From: Eledone cirrhosa | Taxonomy: Eukaryota | Assembly: GCA_964016885.1 (NCBI GenBank) | Contig: OZ024753.1 | Coordinates: 5,704,001 to 5,768,000, forward strand | Length of the DNA: 64,000 nt | Reading direction: 5' to 3' | Shown: positions 13,105 to 28,659 of the stretch, piece by piece | Layout: each line of letters begins with the position of its first letter | How positions within the stretch are numbered: the first letter of the stretch is position 1 | Translations under genes and position numbers: made by a program | The notes under the pieces: generated by a model | What the model saw: only the letters and a program-made list of their open reading frames with translations | Told to the model about the DNA's origin: nothing | Database searches by the model: none

Positions 13105-13990
13105 GTTCTTCTGGTTTTATAATTTCACAAAGTTTTACCAATAGAGAGAGAGTCGGTTTCTAACATAGACTCAAGACTCTCTCATTGGAATTTACCCAAC
13201 ATCAACTAGGTAGATATGTATGCATGTGTAGATATGAATGTTATTGTATGTGTGGATGTGTATGTTTTGAGTTGTATGTGTGCATGTGTATTTGCTTTGC
13301 ATCTGTACATGTGTATATGCAGTTATTAGATGCAAAATGTTTGGAATGTTTTACATATTTTTACTGTTCCATTAATGGATTGTACTTGTAATTTCCTAAC
13401 TAGTTGTGTTCTTTCTGTTCCTGTGAAGCCTAGCTTCTCAAGATTTGTATTGAGGCAGTTACTAACATATCCCAGTGCCCCAATAATCACAGGCATAAAT
13501 CTGAAGGTGTAATCAGGGTGAAGTATCAGCAGATTTCTCATCAGTTCTGCATAAATATTCTCCTTTTCACTAATATTTGATATTATATTGGCATCTGCTG
13601 GGCAGCTAATTTCCACTACTGTGCATGCTTTCTTCTCCCTGTCCCATATCATAATATCTGGTCTGTTATGCCTGCATTTTATTGTGGTTTTTACTGGAAC
13701 ATTCCACCAGTACTCTTTCATATTATGTACATGGATGTCTTCCACATTGCTGTAGCTTTTAATGTGTTTATTATCGGGGCTATCTTTTTTACGAACTGCA
13801 TTATACAGTGTTTTGGCCACTACATCATGCCTCATAGGTAGATAGTACCGCGATGAGATCTTTGGACAGCTGCTGATGACATGGGTGATATCCTCGATGT
13901 TAGTTCTGCAGAGTCTGCACTTGTTATCACATCTAGGTATTTTGCCTGCATCCCTATCTCTTTTTTGAATAAGGTATTTCGTGTTAAATC
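13105..13990 (-). mobile_element. 5'-truncated R4/Dong-type (RLE) non-LTR retrotransposon with 3' UTR
   Basis: Coding part described in the next feature, plus a ~220-nt 3' UTR; flanked by (CA)n and (CATA)n. Confidence 0.8.
13326..13988 (-). pseudogene. C-terminal CCHC zinc knuckle plus restriction-like endonuclease of a non-LTR retrotransposon ORF
   Basis: The frame stays open 51 codons upstream of the listed ATG: CRLCRTNIEDITHVISSC (C-x2-C-x8-H-x4-C), RHDVV, HNRPDIMIWD..VEISCP..EKENIY, PVIIGALG. Confidence 0.9.
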
Positions 13991-13997
13991 AGGTATA

Positions 13998-14101
<104 letters not shown>

Positions 14102-14449
14102 AGTGTACGTATGTATGTTTGTATGTTTGTATGTATGTATATACAATAATAAATCGAAAAGAAATTGTATCAAATTTAATTTCATATCCGTATGTTTTTC
14201 TATCTACGTTTATGCCTTTAACCGAACTGTAATTTTCTTGTTCGGATAATCAAATACCGACATCCAGTATTGACACACTGTCATAATTATGATCTATTTG
14301 ATAAATATAATAAAACAAATCTGAGATATTATTCATACGTTTCTATAGTGGTATAATGTATCAATATTTCTATGCTGTAGCGATAGCGATATAATTGTAC
14401 GTATACCACATCATTTGCTCTCTTCGGTCACGATTAAACCTCACCTCTC

Positions 14450-14710
14450 TTTCCGTAACACTTGGAGGAGTCGTAGAGGTGATGCATTGACATAAGGCGT
14501 TTCTAAACCATTTTTAAACATGGCGGAGCCCAACACTCTCCAGGTCTGAATATAGCAGGTTTCTTCCAGAGAAAGATAGAGAGTGAGAGAATGGAAGTGA
14601 GGAGGAAGCATAAAGAAGAATCATTCCCAGTGTTAGATTAGTACATTTTTTTTTATCGACCTGGAATGGGTGAAAGGCCAAGTTGACCTCAGCGAGATTT
14701 GAATCCAGAT
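14450..14710 (-). mobile_element. SINE family A, long-tail subtype, 5'-truncated
   Basis: Homologous to 3340-3610. Confidence 0.7.
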
Positions 14711-14817
14711 AGCATAATAATATATTATAAAATATCTTGTGATGCTTTGTTTCCCAACTGTAAGACGTACTAGATACTTCCCCATAGTCTGTCATTAACT
14801 CTATACGGGTATTTAAA

Positions 14818-14922
14818 TTCTTCTTCTTCTTCTTCTTCTTCTTCTTCTTCTTCTTCTTCTTCTTCTTCTTCTTCTTCTTCTTCTTCTTCTTCTTCTTCTT
14901 CTTCTTCTTCTTCTTCTTCTTC
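14818..14922. repeat. (TTC)n microsatellite
   Basis: Direct read. Confidence 0.95.
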
Positions 14923-16601
14923 AAGTCTTGTTAGAAGCAACCGTCATCAAGCTCATGGATGCTACCCAACCATCGTGCTCGGGGTTTACTCCTGTTTAAA
15001 TAAAATAAATAAATAAATGAATAAATAAATATATAAGCAAACATATGCTTATGATTCCATGCTTTCATTAATACCTCGGTAGTTAGAAGGTGTATTGTCG
15101 AAGGAAGTTCTTAGTTACAAGGTCGACTACGATATTGACTATTAAGTTATGAGAATCGAGTAAATAGTGGTTTGTATCCCCATAAAAATCCGCAATCTCT
15201 AATGAATATTTGACAAGCCATCATATCAAATCAAACATCATCAACTTTCAATATTAATGACATTTATATTCAATAGCTTAAATTTTCAGGATCATTAATC
15301 TCCCGGAAATTTATATTATTCCGCTAATAATTATTCGTCTCAGGAAATTTGATCAAGCGCAATGCAACCTAATGATAATGGATGGGAATTGCTGTTTCCT
15401 GACAAAGGAGAAATTAAACGTAAGGCTTGAGCTAGGTTCAGAAGTAGAGCGGAAAATCTACCCCTTTGCATTCAGAGAGAACATGCTTATATGTATCAGT
15501 GTATGATAGAACGTGTGTATTTGTTGAGTTGATGACAAAATATGGAGTAATACATAGCTTATATTGATTTGACAGCAGTCCATTCCACCTGATATGGCAC
15601 TTCATATGACGTCCTACTATGTCGTACTGAAAGTCGGTGAATTGGCAAAGTCATTAAAACCTCGGATAGAATACTTTAAATCATTCATTTCGTCTCTCTG
15701 CTCTCTGTGTTCAAACTCCGCCAAGGTTAACTTTGCCCTTTTTTAACCCCACCCTTGTTCGCTGCTCGGTTTTGTTTTTATCCGTTTTTCTTCTTTTTTC
15801 CTTTTCTTTCATATTTCCATTAATATTTGTAATGTTATTTATTCAACTGTTCATTGATTTATTCTCTGTAATTTCATTTTATAACATGGAATATAAACGA
15901 AATTATAAAAAAAAAGACACTTCCCTGTAAAGTTTTCTTTATGGGAATTGAGACACACACAAAAAGATAAAATATTGCTGGAATCCGTATATTTTGTTAA
16001 AGATGTGTGATTTCCTATTGCGAAAGAATGCGCCCTCGATTTGTAAACATATAGGAATTTATATGCTTTAATACATGGTATTTCTTGTACATTTAAGAAG
16101 CTAGTAGTTTCATAGATGTTATTGACAAAGGCACGTAACATTGTAACAAATTATATGATGACAAGGCACTCATAAAAAATCTGATAATGGAATATACAGG
16201 CCCATGTAAACAATATCTATGGAACTGCTAGCTTGCTAAATGTGCAACCAATACCATATATTTAAATTGATATTAGTTTAGTAGTTGGAAATAAGAATAG
16301 ATAACCGCAAATGGAGAATTCTGAATTGCAACGATTTACATGATGAAAATCAACTTCATTATTCTCTGTTTTAGTTTCAAATCCGACAGAAATTGAAAAC
16401 TATTTTAATCCATGTGAGGTTAATGAAACCTACCAGTAATATACCAGACTCGATTTAATAAATTGCACAGTAAGTTTTCTTCTGTATTAACTAATGAATG
16501 ACCCTATGCCTAGGCAAGGAATCGATATCAATTCTTTACAATATATCTTGAAATCGACAATTCCTTGTTGATATATCATGTTAAAAGATAATATTTCTTG
16601 T

Positions 16602-16640
<39 letters not shown>

Positions 16641-17454
16641 AGAAAAAAACCTAAGTCATACCAAATAAAAGTAAGGATTTAAATACATTCCCATGATTCC
16701 CTTAATTCATTTTATTTCTTATTTTTTATGTATTTTGCAGTAAATAAATTTTAAGAAAAGGAAAAATCATTATGTATGGCTATACTGAAAATGATGTACA
16801 TTTTTTACAAAACGTGACTTACAACATTTTTGTCTTATCCCACGTTGAAATTGAATCAATCTTAGTAGACTTAACAGATTTAAACTAATATTACCATGCA
16901 ATTATCCAAACAAATCTTTGTTTTCTTCATATCCATGTATAGCTCTGCTTGTCAGCTTATGATCTGATTATACTTTGATATGTCGGTAAACAGATCTACG
17001 TGATAGAGTCAAGAAAAAAACAACCCTGAAATGTAAATATGATGTATAAAAATATATAATCATTATCGAATGTCTTCGTTAAAAAATGTTCATCCCCGTA
17101 ATTCTCCTCCTCCCCTCTCTTTGTTTTGTTCTAATACACTCTTATATTGTTCTCTTTTCAATGTGTTGTGTATTATAATCCATTCGCATGCCTTTATTCT
17201 TGCTTTCCTCACACAATCCTCTTCACGAATCTCTCCTCCCTTCTACTATATTCTATCTAAGGCACTCTCTTTTTCAATATACTGTGATTCATTTTTTTGT
17301 TTGCCCATGTGTACATGCACACGTCCCCCCTTCTCTATATCTTTCTCTCTCTACATGTATGTATAAGTACATGTATATGTATGTATATGGATATATATGT
17401 ATATGTATGCATATGAATATATATGTATATATGCATGTATATGATTATATATAT

Positions 17455-17513
<59 letters not shown>

Positions 17514-17543
17514 CATATACATATACATATATATTTTTGTGCG

Positions 17544-17576
<33 letters not shown>

Positions 17577-17589
17577 ATACACATGTATA

Positions 17590-17676
<87 letters not shown>

Positions 17677-17953
17677 ATGTGTGAATGTATGAACGCGCAC
17701 ATAATGTTGACTGCATGTGCATGTGAGTATTTCTACATGTTACACTTAGGTCCATCCTCCCATACTCAACATTCTAAAAATGCGATATGCACAGAAGCAA
17801 ATAAAGGCTTATTGTACTTTTTCTTCAACGAATGCTTCTTTTTCTTTTAGTTTGCAAATAAATATATAAATCTTAACAAGAGCAGTTTAAATGTTCTTTT
17901 ATATATTATATTATTGTTTTATATATATATATACACATATATATATATATATG

Positions 17954-18032
<79 letters not shown>

Positions 18033-19009
18033 ATATATATATATTTACAATTATGTACTTAATACACGAACAAACGTTCAACATTCTCTCCCCCACACGT
18101 AAATAGTTTTATTTGAGAATTGTGGTTTATAGAAGACATGGATATGTTTGTAACTATATTCTAAAATCTGTCCTGGATAACATTTGTTCAACCGTGATAT
18201 CATCGACTTTTCGCACCAAGCATAATTCTATACATTGACATTATAATCTTATCCGCATAATTCTATATTTCGAATAATAAAAGGCGTTTTCTGCTGTTAA
18301 AAAAATATGTATTTTGTATTAATTATTATTTCCTTTCGAAATGAATGTTTTTTTTAATAGTGTTTCCAGGAGAAGCTTTTATATTTTATTATAATCTATT
18401 TATATATTCATTCAGTTATTTTAATATATGTAAAGGGCTACCGAAGAGATATTTCGAATTGAAGTGATATTGTTTACACTAGGCTTCAGAATGATAGATG
18501 TTTCAATACATATTAAATAGGAAGAAAAAAACCCCACACTTTTGTATGTAGATTTAAAGAGTGTGTTTGGTTTTGTGTGTGTGTGTGGGGTGTGGGGAGG
18601 TGTGGGGTAGGGAGGGGGAGGTGAGGGGTGTAAATAAAACTGATGAATTTACATATCAATTTCCTAAAATATTTTTTTGATTTTTTGATCTCCCACAGAA
18701 AATATTATCATTTTCATGCACACAATTGTAGATTATGTCTTCAATAAGTCGAAAATTTCCATTTTGTTCTTGGATTACGATAAGGATTGTGATAAACGAT
18801 TGATAAAATGTATTGAAAATAAAACAATGTATGAATTAAATTCCCCTTTATTCTGAAGATTTGCTCATTTCCCTTCATTTAGAATGTAAAGATAATATTT
18901 TTATGTGCTAACTCTCTTTAAATGCGAGAACTAGATGAAGAACTAACAAAAGCAGTCTATTATGTTCCCTCGGAATATTCTGGGATCTAATTTCACCACA
19001 GCTGATCTT

Positions 19010-19087
19010 AAAATGCCAGTAACACAGAGGTAAGGGACAGTACTCTCTCATTAGTACTGTCCGTTACCTCTGTGTCACTGTCATTTT
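19010..19087. other. Isolated ~35-bp-stem hairpin
   Basis: aaaatgccagtaacacagaggtaagggacagtact[ctctcatt]agtactgtccgttacctctgtgtcactgtcatttt, with three single mismatches. Confidence 0.8.
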
Positions 19088-19359
19088 CTAATCTGTTTTC
19101 TGTGTCTGTGTGTATGTTGTTGTTGGGATGTGTATTATGGAGAGACAAAGGAGATCTACAAAAATAAAAGCCTAGTCACAGAGGAGGTCACAGAATGTGT
19201 GGCGAAAGAGTTTTGACTATATATAAACAACCATCCGGTTGTCGAATAAACCAACCAGCCAGCCAGCCAGCCAGCCAACCAGCCAACCGGAAATTTATGA
19301 TAAATTGAAGTGAAAACCAACAGGTGCGTGTGTTTCTATTAGAAACATGACCCTACCCA

Positions 19360-19415
<56 letters not shown>

Positions 19416-19417
19416 CA

Positions 19418-19493
<76 letters not shown>

Positions 19494-19702
19494 GCTACTA
19501 CTAATTTCTCTGTCTGTGTCTGTATCTGCATGGTTTTCTGGCTTTGACTAATACGAATGTTATATTGAACATTGAGCTATTCAGACGGTAGTTTTTTTTC
19601 TGAAACTCTCTTTCTAAAATGTACATAGAAACCCTAGAGTAATAACCACTTGCATCTTTTCTTCTCTTTATATATACATATACACACATACTTATGTATG
19701 TA

Positions 19703-19885
19703 CATTCAATAGTATAAAACTCCTGTGCGATTTGTGCTATATACACGTACACACACTTATACTTATATATGTGCATTCAATAGTATAAAACTCCTGTGCG
19801 ATTTGTGCTACATACACGTACACACGCTCATACTTATATATGTGCATTCAATTGTATAAAAAACTTTGCTCGATTTGTGCTATTT
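19703..19885. repeat. 71-bp tandem repeat, ~2.5 copies
   Basis: cattcaa..gtataaaa.. starts at 19703, 19774 and 19845. Confidence 0.85.
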
Positions 19886-21030
19886 ACGTTTTTCAAAGAA
19901 ATACGAAATGTAGAAAGTTCGGAACATGAATCTAAGAATAAAACATACATATAGATGAAGTTATCGTGCCAGACAGTGAAGCATTTCACGTAAAAAAAAA
20001 AAATATATATATATATATGTAATAATAAATAATACAAGAACACAATTGCCATCCAATGAAATTCTTGTTCAATGTTGAAGGCTATGTTAAATCTAACATT
20101 GGAAACGTGTTTATATATTGGATTATGGAAGTTTTTAGTGCTTCGGTTCAAAGAATCGCTGAAACGATGTGTCAGGATTTTGCGTGTTGCAGAGAATCAT
20201 CGACAGACTTGTGATTGTTGCATTGCGAAGTATTAAACTGGAATGGAGGGTTTTGAGAAATGATTTTTCATTCTTAGAACAAGGTCACTATTACAGGTTT
20301 ATAATGATTTGAATTCAGGTCAGTTTTATTCTAGTAAAGATACAAAACAACTCAAACATAATCAACATCAAAATAAAGTAAAACCAATGCATGAGTTATT
20401 ATAGGATACACGGATGACATTGTTTCGAAAATATAGAAACGTTTGTTACTGAGAATAACACAATGCCATATTTATTTACGATATATTAAATTGTACTGAA
20501 GAATGGATGGAGGATAGTATACATGGACGACTGGTGGTCTTCCACAAACAACCTTGCCCGGACTTGTACCTCGGAGGGGAACATTCTAGGGTCTAATATC
20601 ATGGTCATTCGTAACCGTAAGGTATATTTACCTTTTAGTGCTTAATCAGTTCATTGTTACACTTCCCCTTCAGTTTCCCCATTTCAACACACAAACACAT
20701 ACGTATCCCACCTTATATATAATATTTGTCACTTAATAGAACCTTAATGAATTTAGCTTTTAAAGAATCTCCCTTTCCTTTAATTCTATCTACCATGACT
20801 GACCCCCCACTGATCTTATAGACATCTGTTAGCTTAAGAGAAACTTAATGACAAGGGAATGGTATGCCATCCGGAACCTGTTTATAGAATTCTGTCTGCC
20901 TTTGTTACTCTAAAAACAAAAATTAATAAAAATAAACTATAGCTTTGTAGAATTAGCTTTTAATGAATTCCCTTTTCTATCAACCAATGACCTACACCCA
21001 TCCCACTCCCCTCCCTCTCCTACCACTTGT

Positions 21031-21200
21031 AGAGACCTATAAATACCATATTTATTTTTTGATACCCAGATTCCTGATGATTTCTAAAGAATGAAACAGT
21101 TCTAGTCCTGTAGAATCTCATCTATATTAAAACTTTTATACTCTGCAATGTATTGAGTACCTTACTTACTGTGGTTACCTCCGATTCAACCCGGAATAAC

Positions 21201-21201
<1 letters not shown>
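21031..21201 (+). mobile_element. 171-bp hammerhead-containing element ending at (TA)n
   Basis: Near-identical to 24932-25102; ends ..tattgagtac..cggaataacg(TA)n. Confidence 0.85.
21068..21118 (+). ncRNA. Complete minimal type I hammerhead ribozyme
   Basis: AGAUUC-CUGAUGA-uUUC[uaaa]GAAu-GAAACAG[uucuaguc]CUGUA^-GAAUCU. Confidence 0.75.
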
Positions 21202-21237
<36 letters not shown>

Positions 21238-21241
<4 letters not shown>

Positions 21242-21433
21242 AACGAGTAGGACCCCGACGGCTGAGCTCAAGCTGTTTCGACGGCTAATTCTGGCTAGTC
21301 AAGAATTAGCCATCGAAACGGTTTGAGCTCAGCTGTCGGGGTCCTACTCGTTCCTATTAACCACTCTACTACCCTAAGTATTGAGTACTTTGGTGCGTTA
21401 TGGTCCACCTGGTTCCTTACCACATTTCCTTCG

Positions 21434-21438
<5 letters not shown>
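21238..21438. mobile_element. Fold-back element (120-nt hairpin) plus tail, in (TA)n
   Basis: 21238-21357 is self-complementary and each arm carries an HHR 3' half GAAAC-stem-GUC. The tail has gtattgagtac. A second copy lies at 30036-30190 and a diverged relative at ~455-500. Confidence 0.8.
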
Positions 21439-21471
<33 letters not shown>

Positions 21472-21630
21472 ATATATATATTATATTATATGTATATATA
21501 CACATATATTTATATATATATATAATATAATATATATATTATATTATATGTATATATACACATATAGTTATATATATATATTATATATAATATGTATACA
21601 CACACACACACACACACCCATATATATATA

Positions 21631-21663
<33 letters not shown>

Positions 21664-22030
21664 GATCGTGTATAATGCAATGCCAACCGAGACTGTGTAA
21701 TTTACAGGGAAATACGTCAATCAGAGATGTTTAAATATCTATATATTCAATGTATATTCATGTGTACAGACGACCTTCTAGTTATCTCCAACTTCATATT
21801 CAAAATTCTCGAATATAATGAAATTATTGAATAATTAAATATATTACTCGTCGCCAATAGCGTATACAAGTTTTCACATTTCAAATATACTTATACAGTA
21901 AACTATTGGTAAATATTAATAATATTTTATTTAATTATACGATACACTGCACCAGCTTCAGCATTCGGGAATCTGAAGAAGAAAGGTAGGCGTAAATGCA
22001 TAACTCGTTATCATCAATTTGGCATTTGGA

Positions 22031-22160
22031 CCTACCTTTACCTCTGGTTATGAATCTTGGGTAATGACCGAATGAATACGATCGCGAATGCAAGCTGCCG
22101 AAATGGTGTTCCTCCGAATGGAATTTGGAATAACGTTACTCAATAGAGTACGTAGCTTGG
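22031..22160 (+). mobile_element. Degenerate RTE-clade LINE fragment (post-RT region)
   Basis: PTFTSGYESWVMTE*IRSRMQAAEMVFLRMEFGITLLNRVRS resembles the PTLTYG.E.W.MTER.RSRIQAAEM.FLRR..G.SL.DRVRS motif; one internal stop. Confidence 0.75.
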
Positions 22161-23563
22161 AAACGCCGTATGTCAATGCGGCTCCCTTACGACTCTCTTG
22201 GAAGTTATAGGACCATGCATGCATGCAACATTTGGTTGTATTGTATTGGTGTCTGAGTCGTTGACGTTATGACAGAATTTTACTAAGCAATCTATGATAC
22301 ATTTATTGCTATCATACGTTTTCCACTTGATATTTCTTCACTCTCCTATTTTTACAGATACTTTTCTAAGAGATTGAACTATGATAGAGAAATTCCTATC
22401 TGGGAAGTAACTGAAATTAGAAAAAACAAAATCTATCAATATCAGAGTAAAACCTGCTACAACTTCAATGGCTAACGTAATTACATATAATATTGATACA
22501 GAACTTGTCGGAAACACTTCAATGGATTAGATCGTGATGATATATACTGTGGTTTGTGACATGAAAATGAATTACTACCGGAGCATAAGATTGAGAATTT
22601 ATAGGAATACGGTGAATTTTCGTGACATTCATACTAACATACCAAAGTATATTATCGTTCATTTGGTGATACGTGTTCAATTTAAGTACAATGTCGACAT
22701 CTTAAATCCTTCTATGTGATTGAACTATGATACTGTGATATAAAAATGTTACTAGAGAACTAAATTCTGTGAACAAATCTGTCGTTACCACAATAAAGTC
22801 GCATACAATATCATTAAGTCGCGTAACTATATGTATTACTTACACAACTAGCACGTAAATATTTAATGAATTAATTTCAGTTCAGGTTTTCTGCGGTTTG
22901 CGTCATGAAAAATATACTTACCGATATATAAAGTAGAAAATGTATTGGACAGAAGATTCTGCAATTGCGTGGTATTCATACTACCATTCCAATGTGAATT
23001 ATTATTGCATTGATTTTATGATATATTATCACTTGGAATAGAAATATGCAGAACATGTAAAACATTTATGTCAGAGAATGTTAATGAGAAGATATCGCTC
23101 TCACCTAATGCATGCCGGGTGTTAAATTTTAACAACAATATTTTTATTGGAAATTTATCAAAATGAAAGAAGTGTTTTTTTTCTTCTTTTCATTTCACGA
23201 ACGTAAGCTTTTGTATATTGCATACATACACACGGCGGCAATGAGAAGTTTATTTCTATTCAATAATTCTCGAGTTTCAACACACAACAAATCAAAACAA
23301 ATAGAATATACAAGAGAATATTAGGTAGATCTTCAATTTGGAAAGAAAACAAAGAAGAAAAGAGGTTTATCTTTCGCAGTTTGTTCATTTCACTGTAGTG
23401 GTTGACATTGGGGAATACATTGAAAGACGACCCTGTATAACTCTATAAAAGATGATGCTTATGAAGTACAATCATTTATAAAGTTCCTCAAAATTGAATG
23501 AAGTCCTGAGCTTTCGGTAGTTATTGGGTGCTTCCACTGCTTACAATAATAGGTTGAGCTAAT

Positions 23564-23625
<62 letters not shown>

Positions 23626-23673
23626 TATATAATGGAATATTGGCTTTTTGCTACAATATTTTCTATACCTTTC

Positions 23674-23725
<52 letters not shown>

Positions 23726-23777
23726 TTATATATATGTGTGTGTGTATGTGTGTGTATATATATATATTTACTATATA

Positions 23778-23840
<63 letters not shown>

Positions 23841-24821
23841 AATGGTGAAGTTGGAAATAGCACGGAAAATATATTTTAGGGTCTGTTTTTCTCTTTTTCC
23901 TTCCTTTGATTCGTCAAAGTGACATTATTGAAAACATGAGAGGGACAATTCTTTTAAAAAAGAGTTTTATAATGTATATAAAGTATATAAAGTATTACCG
24001 GTTTCCGTGTATTATTAAAATTCATCTTATCAAATGTTGAGTGTTACAATTAAAAAGAATTAATAAGAATTAAAAACTAAAAATTCAAGATTTAAAATTA
24101 AGTGTTGAGGAAAGTTTTATATATATATATATATATAGTAAGGATAGAACTTGTTTGTGTTGTGTTGCCCGTTCATATGTGCAATATGTGTATCAACAAT
24201 ATACGGACGGCTCTCGTGACAAAAACTAGTAGTCTAGAAGATAGATATTTTAACGTAGTGCTTAGTCACAATATGATGCACGACATTATGCAGTAGGAGA
24301 GAATTAAACTAAGCTATCTTTAAACATGCCTTTAAGTGTTCTTCATTTGGACGAATATTTACATTAATGAACTTATATCCCGGGAGATATATATGAAGTA
24401 GTAGCTTCAATATCAATTAAATTCCTTGTAGTTTTCCATGAAAATATTCCACAGTGTATGAAAAGCTTATTAGCCATTTCTTAAACATAGGAGAAGGACG
24501 ATACTTCTATGAAAATGGCGGTGGATAATATAATTTTAAAGAGCATATTTAAAAACTAACGCAAAAGTAGAACTAATATTAGAGGTTGTATATTTAAGAT
24601 ATGTAGTAGGGAAAAAAGAAAACAAAGAAAGCAAAATAAACCAGAGAAAATTGTGTTTACCATACACCAGGCCTCACAGTGTCTGCTCTTCTAATACTGT
24701 TTCTGTCACTATATTTCTGTCTGTCTGTCTGTCACACTTCTTATCTATCTACGTATCTATCTAAGTATCTATCTATTTCTGTCTATCTATCCATCTATAT
24801 TCTATTCACACATACTGACAC

Positions 24822-24867
<46 letters not shown>

Positions 24868-24871
<4 letters not shown>

Positions 24872-25101
24872 TTAATATAGATGAGATTCTACAGGACTAG
24901 AACTGTTTCATTCTTTAGAAATCATCAGTGAAGAGACCTATAAATACCATACTTATTTTTTGATACCCAGATTCCTGATGATTTCTAAAGAATGAAACAG
25001 TTCTAGTCCTGTAGAATCTCATCTATATTAAAACTTTTATACTCTGCAATGTATTGAGTACCTTACTTACTGTGGTTACCTCCGATTCAACCCGGAATAA
25101 C

Positions 25102-25102
<1 letters not shown>
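24868..25102 (+). mobile_element. Hammerhead element preceded by an inverted partial copy of itself
   Basis: 24868-24928 is the reverse complement of 24975-25035; 24932-25102 matches 21031-21201; (TA)n on both sides. Confidence 0.85.
24969..25019 (+). ncRNA. Complete minimal type I hammerhead ribozyme
   Basis: Identical to 21068-21118. Confidence 0.75.
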
Positions 25103-25143
<41 letters not shown>

Positions 25144-25232
25144 GTAAGTAAAAGTTAAGTGGAAATATCCACGAGTAAGAGCACTCAGTCCATAGGAGGA
25201 GTTTAGTATAAATAATTACAACAGTGACATAA

Positions 25233-25282
25233 ACAGGTACTTAAGTTTTGTTGGGTTCTGGGCTCCAATTTCTTCAGCCTGT
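25233..25282 (-). ncRNA. Type I hammerhead with a G12>A mutation
   Basis: Minus strand: ACAGG-CUGAAGA-aaUUGG[agcccagaac]CCAAc-AAAAC-UUAA-GUA^-CCUGU; palindromic stem III ACUUAAGU; downstream ctgagtgc tail motif. Confidence 0.65.
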
Positions 25283-25325
25283 CATTAGAAAAATGAAAGA
25301 CAATGAAACTTGAGTACCTGTCGTA

Positions 25326-25427
<102 letters not shown>

Positions 25428-26092
25428 GTCCGAACCAAGCAGTGGAAAGTCCCAGAGACGTCTACAGATGCCATGTGTGTGCATCTTCTTCTGAATACCG
25501 GATAGCAACACTTAACTATGTAGGATGGTACAGTACTCGGGCTTATTTGAGAACCTTTTGCACGTATATATATATATATAAAACATGAGAAGAAAGAAGA
25601 ATACTGCGTAGTTTGCACATGGGTTACATATGTTAAAAATAGTCCTTCGTCAGTGATTTTCCAACCGTCATTGGTATTTCATCGCATTAAAAATCAGATA
25701 CCTCAGGTTGGTGCGAGCAATAACTAAAAAAAGTTATTTGGACCAGTAATTCGCGTAAAGCGAGGGGGACAAGTAAACAACATAGAATATATATATATAA
25801 AGATACAAATAAATGATCGAGAATCGCATTTCAGCCCACGAAATAACGAAAAACAACCTCCGAGATGTGTGGCAAGTGCTCAATGATTCAGATGAACCAG
25901 AGCTATAACAAACGTAAAAGGTCAAACACACTGAGACGATGGTTAAACAATAATCCGCATAGCCCCAAAAAACGATCAAGTAATTCGGGTCAAACAAATA
26001 AAAATATATGTGATTGAAAAATTTACCCGGACTCCTGGAAGATTGGTAAAATCCAGCATTTGGGTTTCTGCGACTCCTAAATCACGTACTGT

Positions 26093-26305
26093 CCGCTTAC
26101 ATAAATAATTGTTTCTACGTTAGGCACAAGGCCAGCAATTACCCAGTGCATTACTGGTACTTTATTTTATCGACCCCGTAAGGATGAAAGGCAAAGTCAA
26201 CCTCGGCGGGATTTGAACTCAGATCGTAAAGGGACGTAACTATGCTGGAAAACATGGCGTCCGACCCTCTACCGATAATGCCAATCCACCGCTTACATAA
26301 ATAAT
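26093..26305 (-). mobile_element. Full-length SINE family A (short tail) with a target-site duplication
   Basis: Direct repeat ccgcttacataaataat at 26093-26109 and 26289-26305. Confidence 0.85.
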
Positions 26306-26518
26306 GTTAGGCTTCTGGTAAGATGATTGAACAAGGAAGCCGCTTTCTCAACAGGCTTTAGTTCAATGCTTATATATATATATATAAAATTACAAGAAAC
26401 GAAGCAGGTTGTGTAGTTACCGTAAACAAACTTTAAGATGGTAATAAGGACGAAACAAGAGAAGAAACCCTTCAGCAGCTGTTAACTGCAGATCATAGAT
26501 GTTTCGGTTCTTAAAACA

Positions 26519-26574
<56 letters not shown>

Positions 26575-26590
26575 GTGCGTGTATATATAA

Positions 26591-26631
<41 letters not shown>

Positions 26632-26859
26632 TACACGCACAGACACATATCTTCAATGTTTTCATTTCACATTTAATTTGCGTTCTTCAGAAATTAGTGT
26701 TACTATGATATCAACTTTTTCATTTTCATATCTTTACCTTTGTTTCTTCAATTCCCCCAACTCACATCATTGAGTCATGGTATTTTGTAAAGGTTTAGAG
26801 TTATTGTTGTTAATATTGTTCTAGTTGTGTTTGTTGTTAGTATAGTTGTTAGTTTCTTG

Positions 26860-27061
26860 TTCTTCTTCTTCTTCTTCTTCTTCTTCTTCTTCTTCTTCTT
26901 CTTCTTCTTCTGTTTCTTCTTCTTTTTCTCCTTCTTTTTTCTTCTTCTTCTTCTCCTTCTCCTTCTCCTTCTTCTTTTGCTTTTTGTTTTTTCATCACAG
27001 CTTCCTACAACTTCTTCGTTTTTCGTATCTTAATCTTATAGCAACTATAACAAAAACAGTA

Positions 27062-27120
<59 letters not shown>

Positions 27121-27322
27121 CGCCGCCACCACTACCACCACCACCACCACCACCACCACCACCACTACTACTACCACCACCACCACCACCACCGCCACCA
27201 CCACCACTACTACTACTACTACCACCGCCGCCGCCGCCGCCACCACCACCACCACCACCACCACCACCACCACCACCACCACCACCACCACCACCACCAC
27301 CACCACCACCACCACCACCACC

Positions 27323-27405
<83 letters not shown>
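26860..27405. repeat. (TTC)n followed by a compound (ACT)n/(ACC)n/(GCC)n microsatellite
   Basis: Direct read; explains the 200-aa poly-S/T ORF. Confidence 0.95.
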
Positions 27406-27534
27406 ATTATCTAACTGTAATATTATCTTGAATATAATTGAAATTTAGTACTGGCAGATTCTATTGAATTATTGTAATCATTGTTCCTTGAGAAAATTGT
27501 TTTTTCAATGACAGCTTTTTTTAAACAGCCATAA

Positions 27535-28648
<1,114 letters not shown>

Positions 28649-28659
28649 ATATGCATTGG

